64,000 nucleotides of DNA, taken from NCBI GenBank assembly GCA_965113315.1, contig OZ220363.1. One strand, 5' to 3'. This DNA is from Podarcis vaucheri. Its lineage: Eukaryota. The notes below the pieces were generated by a model that did not search any database, had not been told where the DNA came from, and saw only the letters and a list, made by a program, of their open reading frames with translations. This document shows, in pieces, positions 51,123-64,000 of this stretch (the stretch's first letter is position 1; each line of letters begins with the position of its first letter). The position numbers and the translations under genes are program-made.

Positions 51123-51224
51123 ATCTGTTTGTATGATGCTCCATGCATTAGTTAGGCCAATATTTCCATCAGTTCCATATAAATGAAGCCCTTTCTTCAG
51201 GTCCCGCTGAGCATACTTATCAAT
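51123..51224 (-). CDS. TSPAN4: Tetraspanin-4 exon IDKYAQRDLKKGLHLYGTDGNIGLTNAWSIIQTD (start of large extracellular loop)
   Basis: Minus-strand TTTCCAG acceptor and GAT|GTAAGC donor; 102 nt, phase 0. Near-identical to the recalled human TSPAN4 sequence. Confidence 0.97.
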
Positions 51225-54200
51225 CTGGAAATGAAGCACATACGGTTGCATGTAAGTATGCTAGACCTTGAAAACTCCAAAATGACACTTTTAAAGCAGA
51301 CTCCTCTGAAAAGCCATGGTGATGATTGCACTGAAGGTGGGATTTGTGTGCAAAATGTGGCAAAGAAAGAACTAGGTGGGATCTGGGCAAACGTGCATCT
51401 GATGTGAAAATGGCCTCAGCACCTAGCCCATATCCTGACTCTTCCTCTGATTCTCTGAGCCATGGATCTGGCTTTTTTAGTATCAAGGAAGTTTTGAAGG
51501 AACAATGCTGGCCTTTTCCATTCATTCAGTCCTCTTTACTTAATAACTTTGCTATATATAGAATATTTATTGATGAGGATCTTGCTTTCTCTGGTGTAGA
51601 AAAGATGCCTCCTTCCTTACATTTTTTTAGCACATTCTGTATTGTATAATAAGTTTCAAAATAACAGTGTGTCAAATAGCTCAGTATTGTGGAACATTAT
51701 CAATATTGCAGAGTGGATAGATGCATTTTAGATATCACATTTCCAATAGTAGTTCACCTTAATAAAAAAATGGTTATTTCTATATGAAGAGCTTAGGGCG
51801 GAGCCGACATGCAGAAGCCACTTTTCACAAACATTTTGATCCCATGAGAAGCACTATGAACCATGGTCACCCAACTAAGTGTCAAGGAAATATATCCTGC
51901 CCTCTGCATTTGCATGTCTATATAGCATCACTATGCAGTCAATTCTAATTACCTATGGTGGCATCGGCATGAACCAAGCACAGGAAGTGTTTCCCATCAC
52001 TCTGAACCAGCTTGCTGGTGTCATGTAGCCAAATCTGACAGGCTACGTGGAAATTTGCCATCCTCTATCTGATACCTCACTGGCTTGGATCATGTAATAA
52101 GGGAGAAAAAAACTGTGCTGAAGGAACAGCCAAGGGGATAAAAATGAGTTCCCTGGGTGACCAGTGAACGTAAATGGGCACTCATTTTCCTTAGTAATGG
52201 AGTTAATTGATAACAAAGTACACCCCACTTGGAAAATAAATACATTTTTTTAAAATGAACTGTGGAAGTAAAAATAAAGAGAAGGAGTGCAAAAAAGGCA
52301 GCCATGAAATTGAAGGCATCTGACAGGTAAATAAGATATGCCAGCTTAGAAATAAGGCAGCTTGGAAATGCTGATCTTCATAATAGGTGGCTGCTATATC
52401 AAAGTACACTTCACCTGCAGATTAATATGGAATAGGAGTGCCCAAACTAAAAAAAGCAGAAAAGTGTCTAAGCAGCAAACTTAATGAAATGCAAAATGCC
52501 AAGGTTGCTTTTCTGCAAAGCATTTGACACAGTTGCACGGCATGATAATCCCTCTGACTAGGATTCAGATGTTGCCCTACTTAATGTAATCTTCATGCCC
52601 TGTTTCAGATCAATAATTTTTAATAACCCCAAGTCAACATTTGTAAAATGCCTGAAGGATCCACAGGAATATTTTGTTAGCTCAGGTGTGCTTTAACACA
52701 TTTTCTCATTTTACCATAATAGATTGCTTAACCATGCATTTCTGTTCGACATTGTACCATGTAAGAAAATCACTAATGTGCAACTTGTATAAATAGAAAT
52801 CAGTAGCAGCAGGTGACAACATCTGGGAGATCTTCACCTTTTCCCAGGACACAAGTTAACCTGAGTGACAGGAAAAAGCTTATGGGTTAATTAATACCCC
52901 TCAAGGCACAGCAGATTTTTCTGGCTGAGCCCCTTCCCACTGTGCTAAAAAGCCCAAACAAATATGTGCATATATTGCATGGATTATTCTCACTGTATTG
53001 AAGAATTAGTTGCTATCAGTTACTATACTGATGTCTGGCATGAAGGTGTACCAACCACAGACTGATCAGAAGCAGGTTAACCACCAGGGGTGGCCCAGTT
53101 TTCAGAATACCTGGTTAAAAACAGTAAATGCAAGTTGCAGCACGCATTTCATAACACCAACTTTGTGCCACAAATGTTTACTAGCTTGAATATTCTGAAT
53201 GATTAGCCATTATCACTACTTTAAACACCACCATTCTTGATTTGACTTAGCAAAGCATACTCAGGAGTTCTAGCAAATACATGTTGTTGTTGTTGTTATA
53301 CTTATTTATACTATATCCTGCCCTTTTCCCCAGACCAAGACACAAGGCGGCTTCCAGATACAATAGAAAAAATTAAAATAGCCTTGAGAAGAGCAAAACA
53401 TTCTGTACATGCAACTGAGATAAAGTCTCTTTCATAGCTCAGGGTATCATACAGATAAATATGCTGCAGATTACAAAATGCTTAAAATGCTACCTTATAG
53501 CAATGTAACTCATATTAGAAATGACAGATCATTCTAATGTTTAGTTACAAGAGCATCTGAGCTACTGTGAAACATGCAAGATTTTTTTTTTTTTTTGTAA
53601 CCAACCATTTAAAATTAACCAGATGCCTTGTATCTTATTTTCCAGCAGATCAGTTCATATGTGTGAGGCTCATTTTTAGGTGTCCTCGTTTGGGCATCTA
53701 CAGTATGTGCTTACATTCAGAGTAGTCCTTTCTTCTCCCACTCCCAACTATCCAACTATCCACCCATCCAGTGTAGACAATGGTGCATAATAAGCTATAC
53801 CCCCCCCACCTCATCAGTTTTTGAATCTTGTCAGGCGGATGATGTTCACACAGCTCCAGTGACTTGCATTTGAGAAAGTAAGAAATATTTTAGGTAGCTG
53901 CTGGGGGTGAAACAGTTCCAAGAAAGACACCAAGGAAGAGTTTGTGCTGTAGGAGTCTTTCTAGCTCCATTTGCATCAATATATTCCTCACAGCAGAAGC
54001 AGCAGGGTGGAAGGAAAGTAGCGTTATCTGTGTTTAGAACTGGGGAAAGGCAGAATGATATAGGAGGCGCTTGGACTCTGGAGGAAACATAATGCTGCCT
54101 GCTGCAGCCAGTTTTTATGGATTGGAGGGAAGATATAAAAAGGGCTGTGAAGCCAACAATGATATTGGCTGCCTCCTGTGATTTGAGAGGAATGGTAGCT

Positions 54201-55429
54201 GAAGGTGTTGTGGTCCTGGTCGTCATTCCTACAGGGGACTCTGGGCCTGGGTATGGGAAAGAGGAGTGACCCATGGAATCTGAAGGGCATGTAAATCTAA
54301 CAGAAGAGCTCTTCAGCCAGTGGCTGCCACACGATGCCTTCTGGGAGCAGGAGGGGGTCATTGGTGGACTCCTGGTGAGGCCTATTAAATGAATACATTG
54401 CTTCCCACTTTTTTTTAAAAAAAGAAGTAGTAGTCTTGAAGTGTTTACAATCAAATAAATCATATATATTAATAGGTAATAAAATGAAAGCCTGGAGTGG
54501 AGAAAAATGCAGAGACTTTGCAGCTTTGAGGCAGAGGAGGCCACGGAGGCCATGACTCTGTGGAAGTGTTGCCTCCCTTTGGAGGAGGAGCTGTGGAAAG
54601 ACAGCTTCCAGAAAGCACTGGAACATAAAATGTAGATTTAGACACTATGAGCAGATTCTTTGTACCTCAGCATCACAGGGATTTCTTTATTAAATACACA
54701 CCCATCCCTATTTTTTAGAAACAATGTCCTTAGTGTCATTATTACTCTTGTCCAGCATTGAGCAACAGTGTCTGGATGAAGGAAGCATGGGTTGATTTCT
54801 TTAAACATATATATAAAAAATGCTGAGCTTAACAGCAGCATTCCCATGGATTCCCACCTGTGGACAGAAATTCTAATTTCAGGCCCCACTGCTCTCTAGT
54901 GCATCACATTCTCTTCACCCCCACCCTCCCAATTACTGAGAGCCCAAGCAGCAATTATTTCATACTGAGGAAAGCCTCCTAGGCAGTGTCTTGATATTGG
55001 TAAGTAAATATTTCTGACCTTTCTGATGATTGCTTCCCTCCTCCCCACTAACAAGGGAGAAGAAGCTGTAAAGAAATGACAAAATATCCAATTGTTTCCC
55101 ACTGGGTGAAACTTCTAATTTCATGCCTTGATAATCATTCTCTACAGATAGCGCGGAGCTGGAAATTGAATGTAAATAGAGAGCACCTAATCTATAAGGT
55201 CATTTGCAGGAGCCCCGCTTTCTCCTGGGGAAAAGATGTGATTGATTGTACTACTAGATGAGGACAGCTTAATACTGGGCTAGGACATTATTCAGTACAT
55301 GAACTGGCCATGAAAGTGAACGTTACACGGAGACTTTATTTTAGGATAAGTCCTGGATGTGAAACTATATCAAAGGCACACCTGCCAGGGGAGAGGCTAA
55401 TTTGGGATCAGATCTGAATTGTTTTAGAT

Positions 55430-55783
55430 CATGGGTAGGCAAACTACCCATGTGGCCCAATCACCTTCTAAATTCCTGACGGTCTGGGAATCAGCATGTT
55501 TTTACATGAGTAGAATGTGTCCTTTTATTTAAAATTCACCTCTGGGTTATTTGTGGGGCCTGCCTGGTGTTTTAGAAGGTGTACTTTTATTTAAAATGCA
55601 TCTCTGGGTTATTTGTGGGGCCTGCCTGGTGTTTTAGAAGGTGTACTTTTATTTAAAATGCATCTCTGGGTTATTTGTGGGGCATAGGAAATCGTTCATC
55701 CCCCCCCCCAATATAGTCTGGTCCCCCACAAGGTCTGGGGGACAGTGGACCGGCCCCCTGCTGAAAAAGTTTGCTGACCCCTG
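55430..55783. mobile_element. hAT MITE with perfect 8-bp TSD and internal 62-bp tandem repeat
   Basis: TSD TTTTAGAT at 55422-55429 and 55784-55791; TIR CATGGGTAGGCAAACT / AGTTTGCTGACCCCTG; about 2.6 repeat units at 55523-55683. Confidence 0.9.
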
Positions 55784-55885
55784 TTTTAGATTAACATTCA
55801 ATTTTAGAAATTTGTCTTATGCTGTATAAATAAAATCATTATACATGGCTGTACTTCTTCATTTATATTTTCTGTGTTTCAGTTA

Positions 55886-56144
55886 CCGTATTTTTCACTC
55901 TATAAGACGCACCAGACCACAAGACGCACCTAGTTTTTGGAGGAGGAAAACAAGAAAAAAAATATTCTGAATCTCAGAAGCCAGAACAGCAAGAGGGATC
56001 GCTGCACAGTGAAAGCAGCAATCCCTCTTGCTGTTCTGGCTTCTGGGATAGCTGCGCAGCCTGCATTCGCTCCATAAGACGCACACACATTTCCCCTTAC
56101 TTTTTAGGATGGAAAAAGTGAGTCTTATAGAGCAAAAAATACGG
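55886..56144. mobile_element. Tc1/mariner MITE with internal hairpin
   Basis: TA|CCGTATTTTTCACTCTATAAGAC ... GTCTTATAGAGCAAAAAATACGG|TA; internal inverted repeat at about 55974-56045. Confidence 0.92.
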
Positions 56145-57679
56145 TATTTCCCTTCCCTTCCACCATCCCAAAATAAAGCACCTTGCTGTCTGATCTGCTG
56201 AAGCTCTTTTAAGCTGGCAGCATTTCATATTGACTAGCAAACTGACCTGGCATGCTGCTGAGCAGAAGAAAGCATTTGCAATATCAAGGCATTACTTTCC
56301 AAGCTTAAAAACAGAAACCAAGAGCAAAAGAGTAAATCAGCAGTTTAAGATGCTGAGATAATAATTAGCTGTGACAAAGGTATAGGTTGCTAAAATACCA
56401 TATTTTGCAGGACGATACAAAAACTTAAGCTGCAATGGGAAATGACATAACATGCACGTATGGGACAGAAAAACCACATAGTCAGGTCTTGGCCTACTGT
56501 TGATTATGTAGCAGTTCTGCTGCTGAACAGAGAGGCTGCTGTTCTAATGGGTTGTTATTATTGGGGTGACGAAGCATTTATAGGCCCTACATCACCATAA
56601 AGGCTGCAGCCTTTGAATCCTCCAGGTATCCTAGGATCGGCTGTGCAGGGGCTCCTACCACTCACAAAAGATCACATGGGTGGAAATTGTGGAAATCAAG
56701 AATGAAGAAAATGCATGTCATATATGGACAATAAGGTAGTCTACTATTCATTTTAACGCTGACTGATTTTTGTGATTGTAATAATCAATTCACCCTTGGC
56801 ACTGGCACATCAAATTATGTCAAACATTGTGGGCGCCAGCCACACCTTCATATAAGTTAAACAGCCAGTTATTAACTTGCTTTGTCAAAGCAAAGAACAG
56901 GAACCCCTCACAACCTGGGATGAACTTGTCAATAGAGATAGAATTCCAATTAGCTTTTACAAAGGCTACATGAGGCAGAAGCAGATCAACAGGGAAAGTC
57001 ATCATTTCCATTGTTAAAACTAATGACCACTGTATGATTTTAAATTGAGCAGAACAGAAACACTGTGTATATAATCCCAGGCAGGAATTGTCAGACAGCA
57101 AAGGAAGAGCTTTTGGTTTATGTAGAGATGAAAGAATTGGCCCTATGCCCACAGAGCCATTCGGTGAAGCAATCTCAAGAGAATAACCTTTGGGTCAATT
57201 ACCTGTATTATCCATTTAGTTAACATAGAAGCAAAGGGGGTGGGGGAGTATTAATACAAAAATTGTACAACTTGGGGGTAAAAATTATACTATTTGAGAA
57301 TCAAAAATACTCTACTGCTGAGTCTAAAACAGCAAACTACAGTGGTCAAAATAAAAATTGTTTTCTTAATTGTTAATATTCTCTTCTGCTGCTTTATGGT
57401 TTTGTTGGTTTGATGTTTTAATAGTGATCCTGCACACTGGGAAACTGGAGTGTGTGTTAATTGTTAGGAATTGGAGTGTGATCAGTTTATATTGTGCTCT
57501 AGTGCATGCAGTTTTTATGTTATTTCTTTGTGTTATTGTAAGTCACCTTGAGACCTTTGTGATAAATGTGATGAATAAATAATCAGAATAAGATGGTGAA
57601 ATTTATCTATCTGAATTACTATTCTCAGCAAAGATTTCACTACACTACTAATCGAATCTATACTGCTGACCTTGTTTCA

Positions 57680-57816
57680 CAACCTTCACCAACCCAGTGA
57701 CCGCCAGATGTTTTGGACCACAAGTTCCATCAGCCTCAGTCAGCATGCCATACTGGCTAGGCATGTTGGGAGTTGTAGTCCATAAAGTCTGGAGGGCACC
57801 AGAATGGTGAAGGCTA
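57680..57816. mobile_element. Short palindromic MITE; related copies near 1090, 20640, 21815, 22875, 26970 and 45030
   Basis: CCAGATGTTTTGGACCACAA ... TTGTAGTCCATAAAGTCTGG inverted structure, recurring across the window. Confidence 0.7.
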
Positions 57817-58144
57817 TTGTCTGGTGGCTGTCAGGAATGTTTCTCAGCCCTGGGCACAATGGCCCATTATGGGATACAATACCAAGATGGTAGCTCCTTA
57901 ATTACCTAATTTAGCTTGGTATATTGCACACATCTTGGACACATCTTGACAAAGCACTAGTTAAGGAAGGATAGAACCAAATAGGAGCCCAATAGGAACC
58001 CAATGTGACCATCATGATAACCTGGAATCAACTCAAGTGGTGGATTGTATGAGAAATTAAGTCATACCAAGCTTGTTCAGGCTGACATCTGCATTTGGAC
58101 TGAAAATGCAATTGGAAAACACTATGAGATCATTATGCTCCATA

Positions 58145-58535
58145 CAGTGTTCGAAACCCCCATTGTTCTAGGTGCCTTTTGTGACAGGGAGTTTCATTAG
58201 CACAAGCAATTTCTGGGCTTTGGGCACAGTACTGCGCCTAAAATTTCAGATTAAAACTGCAGAGTGGAAGGAAAGGAGGACCTTTTTCTGTCTCCCCACT
58301 TTCAGCTACTCTCTGGAGAAGAGACCCTCCTAAGAATATTAGGGGGGTTGGCAGGGTAAGGACTAGACCATGTGAAAAATGAACATAATATTTTAGCTGC
58401 AGTTCATTCATTTTCAGCTCTGTATGCTTGTTATATTAAAAAATCCCATGCCTAGATATTCCATTGTTGTGCCCATAACCTAGGATTAAGGTGCCATTTA
58501 GCTCCTAGCTTTCATATCTGAGTTTTCTAACACTG
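58145..58535. mobile_element. hAT non-autonomous element
   Basis: TIR CAGTGTTCGAAA / TTTCTAACACTG; 8-bp TSD GCTCCATA / GCTACATA (7/8). Confidence 0.8.
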
Positions 58536-60045
58536 GCTACATAAAAACTACACATATCATTTCCTCTCCTTTCCAGACTCACTAACATGCAATAACTTGT
58601 TTTAATGCCAGATCTAGCCTTAGAACATGGGAAGTGTGTGTTGAACATGAGCAGAGTGCTTCGCTCTCCCAACTGTGTACTTGCACCTAGACTCTAAAAC
58701 CTGGGAGTGAGGTGCATCGTCATTGCTGCCTCCTTTGCAGTTTTAGTTGCATAAGTGTATAAACGTAAATGTAAAGGTACCCCTGACCAGTATACCCAAA
58801 CCCAAATGTAGAAGGACCTGTCAAACTGGATATAACATAGTCTTCTTGCTCATGGAGTTATTCCATGTTTGTTAGTCAAAGGACGTTGAGGAAAGGCTAT
58901 TCAAATTTTCTACTGTGCTGTCTACAAGACTGACCTGAAACTGGAAAATAGTGAATATATGCACCACCTGTTGCTTAAACTAAAAGTGTGATTTAAAGTT
59001 TCATTTCTGATTAGTGTCGGGCTGAGGTATTCAGCCCAACAACTTCTTTAAGTTGGGTGGAGGAATAATGGCCACTTAAGATTTTTGTGATCTTTCAAGG
59101 CTAGGTGGAATTTCTAAAATAAAAATAAAAATCCAGAGACAGCTTGCCTGACAGATGAGAGGGGGCAGAGAGTTGTAGTTCAGTTAGTATTTATTTTCCC
59201 TTTAAAAAAAAAAAGCCACTGAGTTTCAATAAGAGGCAGCAAGCTGTTAGTGACCCTCAAAAGTGGCCCAGTGGGAGCAATGCCATTTCAGAAAAGCAAA
59301 TACCATGGGACCACTCTTAATGGGCCAGCCCAATTAAGAGCTCTTGCCTTCTTTGCCTAAAGCTCATCAAAAGGGGAAGCAGAGTGCTGCCCAGAAAATG
59401 CAGACAAGACAACCCCCAAGGCAAATAAATGCCAGTTCTGTTTGCAGTTCTATCAGGACGTCAATGAAACAAACAGCCCACGAGATCAGTTATCAAAGTC
59501 AGCATTTGTCATAGACTTAAGGTTCAGATCTCTCTTTCACAAGGAATCCTGCTGGGAGACAAGCTGGGGTTCATATTCATAACATGCAAAGATGGCACAG
59601 TGTTTAAAAACCTCATTTCAAAATCAAGGAAAGCAGAAGGGGACAAAGATAAAATCTGGGGTCATAAACCGCATGCAGTACCCATCTGCAGAATATTTCA
59701 CAGGGCACAGACATAGCACAGCCTACATCCTGACTGACCCTTCCTTTCCCTGCCAAAGTATATGGAAGAATAAAAAAGAACGAGCAACCGTCTGTACAGA
59801 CCTCATGAACAGATTGCTAATTCGATGCATTTCAAGAGAGCTCGACTCTTCTCTCTCCAACAGCTTCATTTGTTTACTCATCCATAGGACAATTTTAACT
59901 GGGTAGTTCTAATGTCCTGCTATACACCTGATAATCTGTGGTACATATTACATATAAAACTTCATCATGCTTAAGCAGAGACCAAGAAAGACGCACATTT
60001 AGATTTTGGGAACAGCTCCAAAAAACAAAGCTCCTTCTGTGGAGG

Positions 60046-60070
60046 TGTTGTTGTTGTTGTTGTTGTTGTT
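60046..60070. repeat. (GTT)n microsatellite
   Basis: Seen directly. Confidence 0.9.
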
Positions 60071-63012
60071 TTGTCCTAGCAATTGTTAACTAATTAAAAT
60101 AGTTGGAGTTCTGCCTAGCTGCTTGATCACAGGGTTCAAAGGCAACTGATAATATGCAAAAATCAATACATAATAACTGCACGATTTTTTTTTAAAGGCA
60201 GTAGCGACTTACAAAGGCATTGGGGGTGGGCGCAATGATGGTGTAAAAATGTCTCTCCCAGCCTTAGATGTTCATTTATGACTTTGCAGTTTCCATGGTG
60301 AACATAAACGAGAATGCCCCCCACCCAACACACCCTGATGTGTGCTGCTTTGCAGAACCAGGTGTTTTTGCTCCTGGGAATGAATGGGTTATCATCTCAC
60401 CCAGGCAGGTGGGTGATCTGCAACTCCTGCCTCTTCCTGGTGGCAGGGAAGGCCTAATGAAGGCTCTGTGGGAGGGGAAGTGATAACAGAAAATATCCAC
60501 TCCATGGACCTTAATGACACTTTTTCAACTCTCCTATGCTTGGAAAAAAACACTTTAGTAAAGTAGTGTTGGTTTCAAATAGACCACAATTGAATCACAG
60601 TATTAAAAACATAGGACTGTCAATCAGTTGATCATGGAATGGTTATTTTCCTGGCCCAGGACTCCTCAGAGGCAGAGTCCTGTGGCAACAGGAGCTCTGA
60701 GAAGGACCCACTCCTTAGCCCAAACAATCCCAAGTGAATCTGCAGACACTTCAACCTCTACTGAGCCCCAAGGAGATATTTCTGCCATCAGACTTTGATG
60801 GGTGGCCCACAGACTCTTGGGGGGCTTAAGAAACCCCGAGGGAAAATCCCCACAGCTGGGAACTCCATTACCCGGAAGGAACCAACAGCTGCAGAAGGAG
60901 GCACTCAAAGGGCAAGGCCTCCAGTTAATGATTACGTAGCCTTCATATATTTAAAGCACATTGTTTTCCCCAAAGAATCCTGGGAACTGTTGTTTACCAC
61001 TCACAGATTTACAATTCTCATAATCCTTAAACTACAGCTCCAATGAAAGTAATATGCTTCAAATGTATATAGTACATATGCAGCCTAACACGGTATACTC
61101 AAGACCTAACACGGTATACTCCACGAGATAACTTAGCTGAGTGAGTACTATCCATGGTCCTGAAACCACACATTGGTCTTGCGGTTTTGTTAATTTTTTG
61201 CTATTGCTCATTTTATAACTGATTGTTTTGAGAATTTATATCATTATTTTTATTGGTAGAATATAGCTCTATTTCAACTTTGAATGCTGTCACAGAAAAG
61301 TAAATCAAATCATTTTATTAATAATAAAACACAAAGCCAATGGGTATCATTCTCCTAATTATTATATTCCTGACTTCTTGTAGCTGCACTCATTCCCTGG
61401 TGAATCTTTGGATGCCATCACTTTGGATATGTTGCCTTCCCAAACATTCTAGAAATGACCTTTCTACCTTTCACCCTTCGGAGTTATTTTTTCCTGCAGG
61501 TAACTTGGCTCGCCTTTTGATTCCACCCTCTGAGAGACAGTACCTTCCTGACCTTCCTTTTGGTAATGCACTCTTGGAGGTTGGCCCTTCCTATAGTAAG
61601 AAAAAATCAGAACTGAAAAAACCACTATCTCTTGCCTTAACTACTGCATCAATGCAAAGCAACTAAAGTGGTGCTTGCTAGCCATTTCCATTGAAGTTAT
61701 CTTAGGTCTTGATGCCTTACCTGTGCATTTTTCAACTCAAAACTGCCTAGAGATTTACTTGGCAAATCAGGGCTAAAATATTAACAAGCCTTTATCTTAA
61801 CTGCTGCAAGAACAGCAACTTAATACCTGCTTTATAAGCTTCTCCTGTTGGATGAAAAGGTCTCTTTGCCTTAGGTATTCATTTTGCACTGTTTTTAAAT
61901 CCATCTTTAGCTGTTGTTGTTTTGTACTGTTTTAAAAATTATTTCAGCTGCTTTTATATGTTTGCAAATCACCTTGAGACACATGAAAAAGGCAATTAAT
62001 ACATTCACTGAGGAGGAAGGAATTTTTTTTTTTTACGTATGTTCACAGAATGCAGTACCTTACTTAATCTGTTTTTAAACTCACATTCTCCAATAGTGAT
62101 ACAAACATGGTGTGTTAACTGTAACTTCATATCATATTATTTTGAATATATGTCTGTGTTCACTTGAACCTTATTTTTTGGATGTACAGGATTTTTAACG
62201 CCCCCTATCACTTACATTAGCCCAATTTATTTACAAATGAACCGAATTTATTTATCTGTTTATTACACATTTTCAAACTGCCCCATACAAAATAAAAAAA
62301 TGCTCACAGGGTGATTTACAAAAATAAAGTAACATAAAAACATGGCAGGGTTCGCCTAACCAGTACCAACAAACATCTACTTGTGCAACAGGGCTTTTTC
62401 CTCTCTCCTCCTCCCATGCACTACCTCAAATTGGCTTGGGGGGAGTCGGGGGAACCCCCAGAACAGTGCAAGAGGGAGGAGGGGAGGTCATTCCCTCTGG
62501 TGACGTACACAGACAGAACATCTAGAAGAGTGATGTTGAATTCCACTCATCATGCATAGCACACAATGTCCTTTTTAATAGAATTGAACCTTTTTAGGGT
62601 CAGTTAGGCCCCCAAATATGTAGGAAGCTTACAACTAGTGAATGGCAAAGAATGAATTTACAATTGCAATTTCTGCTTAAGGATAAATGCTATGTTCCAT
62701 GCCATCAAGTAAGGAGAGGAAACCATCTGAACAAGTGGCAAGTCCACCGAGCACAAAACTTCTTAGCCTAGTTTTTCCTTTATTTTTCACAAGGCCCAGG
62801 GCAAGAAGCTGCTTCCCCAACTAGAGTGCTCACAAATAAACAGAACAGGCTGTATGTAGTGCTGTCATATTCATATCACCAATTTTAATCACACTTAAAG
62901 CACATAGCTTCCCCCACAGAATCATGGAAACTGTAATTTCTTAAGGGTGCTGGGAACTGTAGCTCTGAGGGGTAAACTACAGTTCCCAGGATTTGACTGC
63001 TAAAGTGAGATT

Positions 63013-63017
63013 ACACA

Positions 63018-63064
<47 letters not shown>
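63013..63064. repeat. Compound (AC)n(AG)n microsatellite
   Basis: Seen directly. Confidence 0.97.
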
Positions 63065-63068
<4 letters not shown>

Positions 63069-64000
63069 TAAAACATACTTTGCATTAAGCCAAATGCAGC
63101 AATGGCTAAAACAAGTTGCAGCACATTCTGCCATTTCAGGAAATGGTGAAATAAAGGTCCATACACTAATTGGAAACAAACAAGAAAATGGGTTCTATTT
63201 CACTTTAAAACCCTTATGTTCACCTGAAGCCAGATGTTTTCTCAGGAGTGGCTCCTTGCTAGACAAGCTCAGACACCACACCACAGAAACTGCATTTAAT
63301 GGATCTAGATGGCAAGTCAGGCAAGCTAAGCCATTGTCAATTATGATTAAGGTTACCCAGAAGTGGCCTCTGTCACAAGTGGTGAGTTGTCTCATCATTC
63401 ACCAGAATGAGCAAAGACTCCCACAAAACGGTAGATCTGTCACAAATGATAAAGGGGTTAGGGGCAACTCCATGGGCTGTGCTGGACAGGATAACTTCTC
63501 ACTTACTTTGCTTTCATTTGTTTTTGATTGCCCTCTCTTCAAAAGGGCAATCCATTCCTCTCCTAAAGTAGTTTCACCAGCATGCTAGTGACAGAAATAA
63601 TTCTTTGCCAGTATAACATGCCAAAATAAAATAAAATAAAGTCTTCTGAAGTAAGAGAAATATCTAATAAAATATGTGACCCACCGCTTTTCAGGGCAGA
63701 TAAAAATATTTAGACACGCCCCCAGTAAAATTCAAAATTTGTAGAATTCTTCCATGATGGATAGAATATTGACATTGGCCAGACAAGTTTTCCAGACACC
63801 CTAATAGCCAAAAATAATGGGAAATATGCTCAAAATTCAGAAGACCCATCTTGTTATACTGGGGAGGGCTCCATCAAACAGCAGGCCAAGCAATCCATGT
63901 TCTGGAACAGAGGGTGAAGAAGTCCCCCCTACACACCTTTGATCCAGTCTCAAGGTGTGTGTGTGGGGGGGGGAATCTGCAGTGGTAGGCAAGGATATTA

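Noticed and set aside
52090-52305. FFALLLFIF segment resembling the missing TSPAN4 TM3 exon
   Set aside because: The continuation does not match LLEATIAILFFAYTDK and there are no suitable splice sites. The real exon is probably beyond the window.
53846-54553. Longest ORF (235 aa, minus strand)
   Set aside because: No recognisable domain, and it runs through AT-rich and repeat-like sequence in a TSPAN4 intron, so it is likely a chance ORF.
55523-55683. Regularly spaced repeats superficially like a CRISPR array
   Set aside because: Head-to-tail tandem units without unique spacers, inside a hAT MITE in a vertebrate genome.
61084-61121. Short 21-bp-period duplication (and a similar one at 42646-42700)
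   Set aside because: Ordinary slippage duplications with no evidence of function.
63094-63588. 164-aa + strand ORF
   Set aside because: Antisense within a TSPAN4 intron, with no recognisable protein features.

Overview
Eukaryotic vertebrate genomic DNA, most likely a lacertid lizard (inferred from Sauria SINEs, a BovB tail, CR1/L2 LINEs and squamate-type MITEs). The window holds the 3' ends of two convergent genes. CHID1 (+) contributes its last three coding exons (12812-14970) and a poly(A) signal at 15100. TSPAN4 (-) contributes its last four coding exons (51224-44686). The same tail-to-tail pair is known from human 11p15.5, but here the stop codons are about 29.7 kb apart. I found no upstream exons of either gene, so they probably lie outside the window. 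The rest is intron or intergenic DNA rich in SINEs, LINE fragments, Tc1/mariner and hAT MITEs and microsatellites, with one 137-N assembly gap. The most notable oddities: (1) an inverted intronic 21-mer that encodes, antisense and with only synonymous differences, the same VFYPTLK peptide as the adjacent CHID1 exon; (2) a Sauria SINE flanked by a 101-bp target-site duplication; (3) a CpG-intact MITE carrying ETS/NRF1/CRE motifs in a TSPAN4 intron, whose sibling copy in CHID1 has decayed; (4) candidate non-coding + strand exons running from the CHID1 3' end toward TSPAN4. No novel multi-gene system can be firmly supported from sequence alone.
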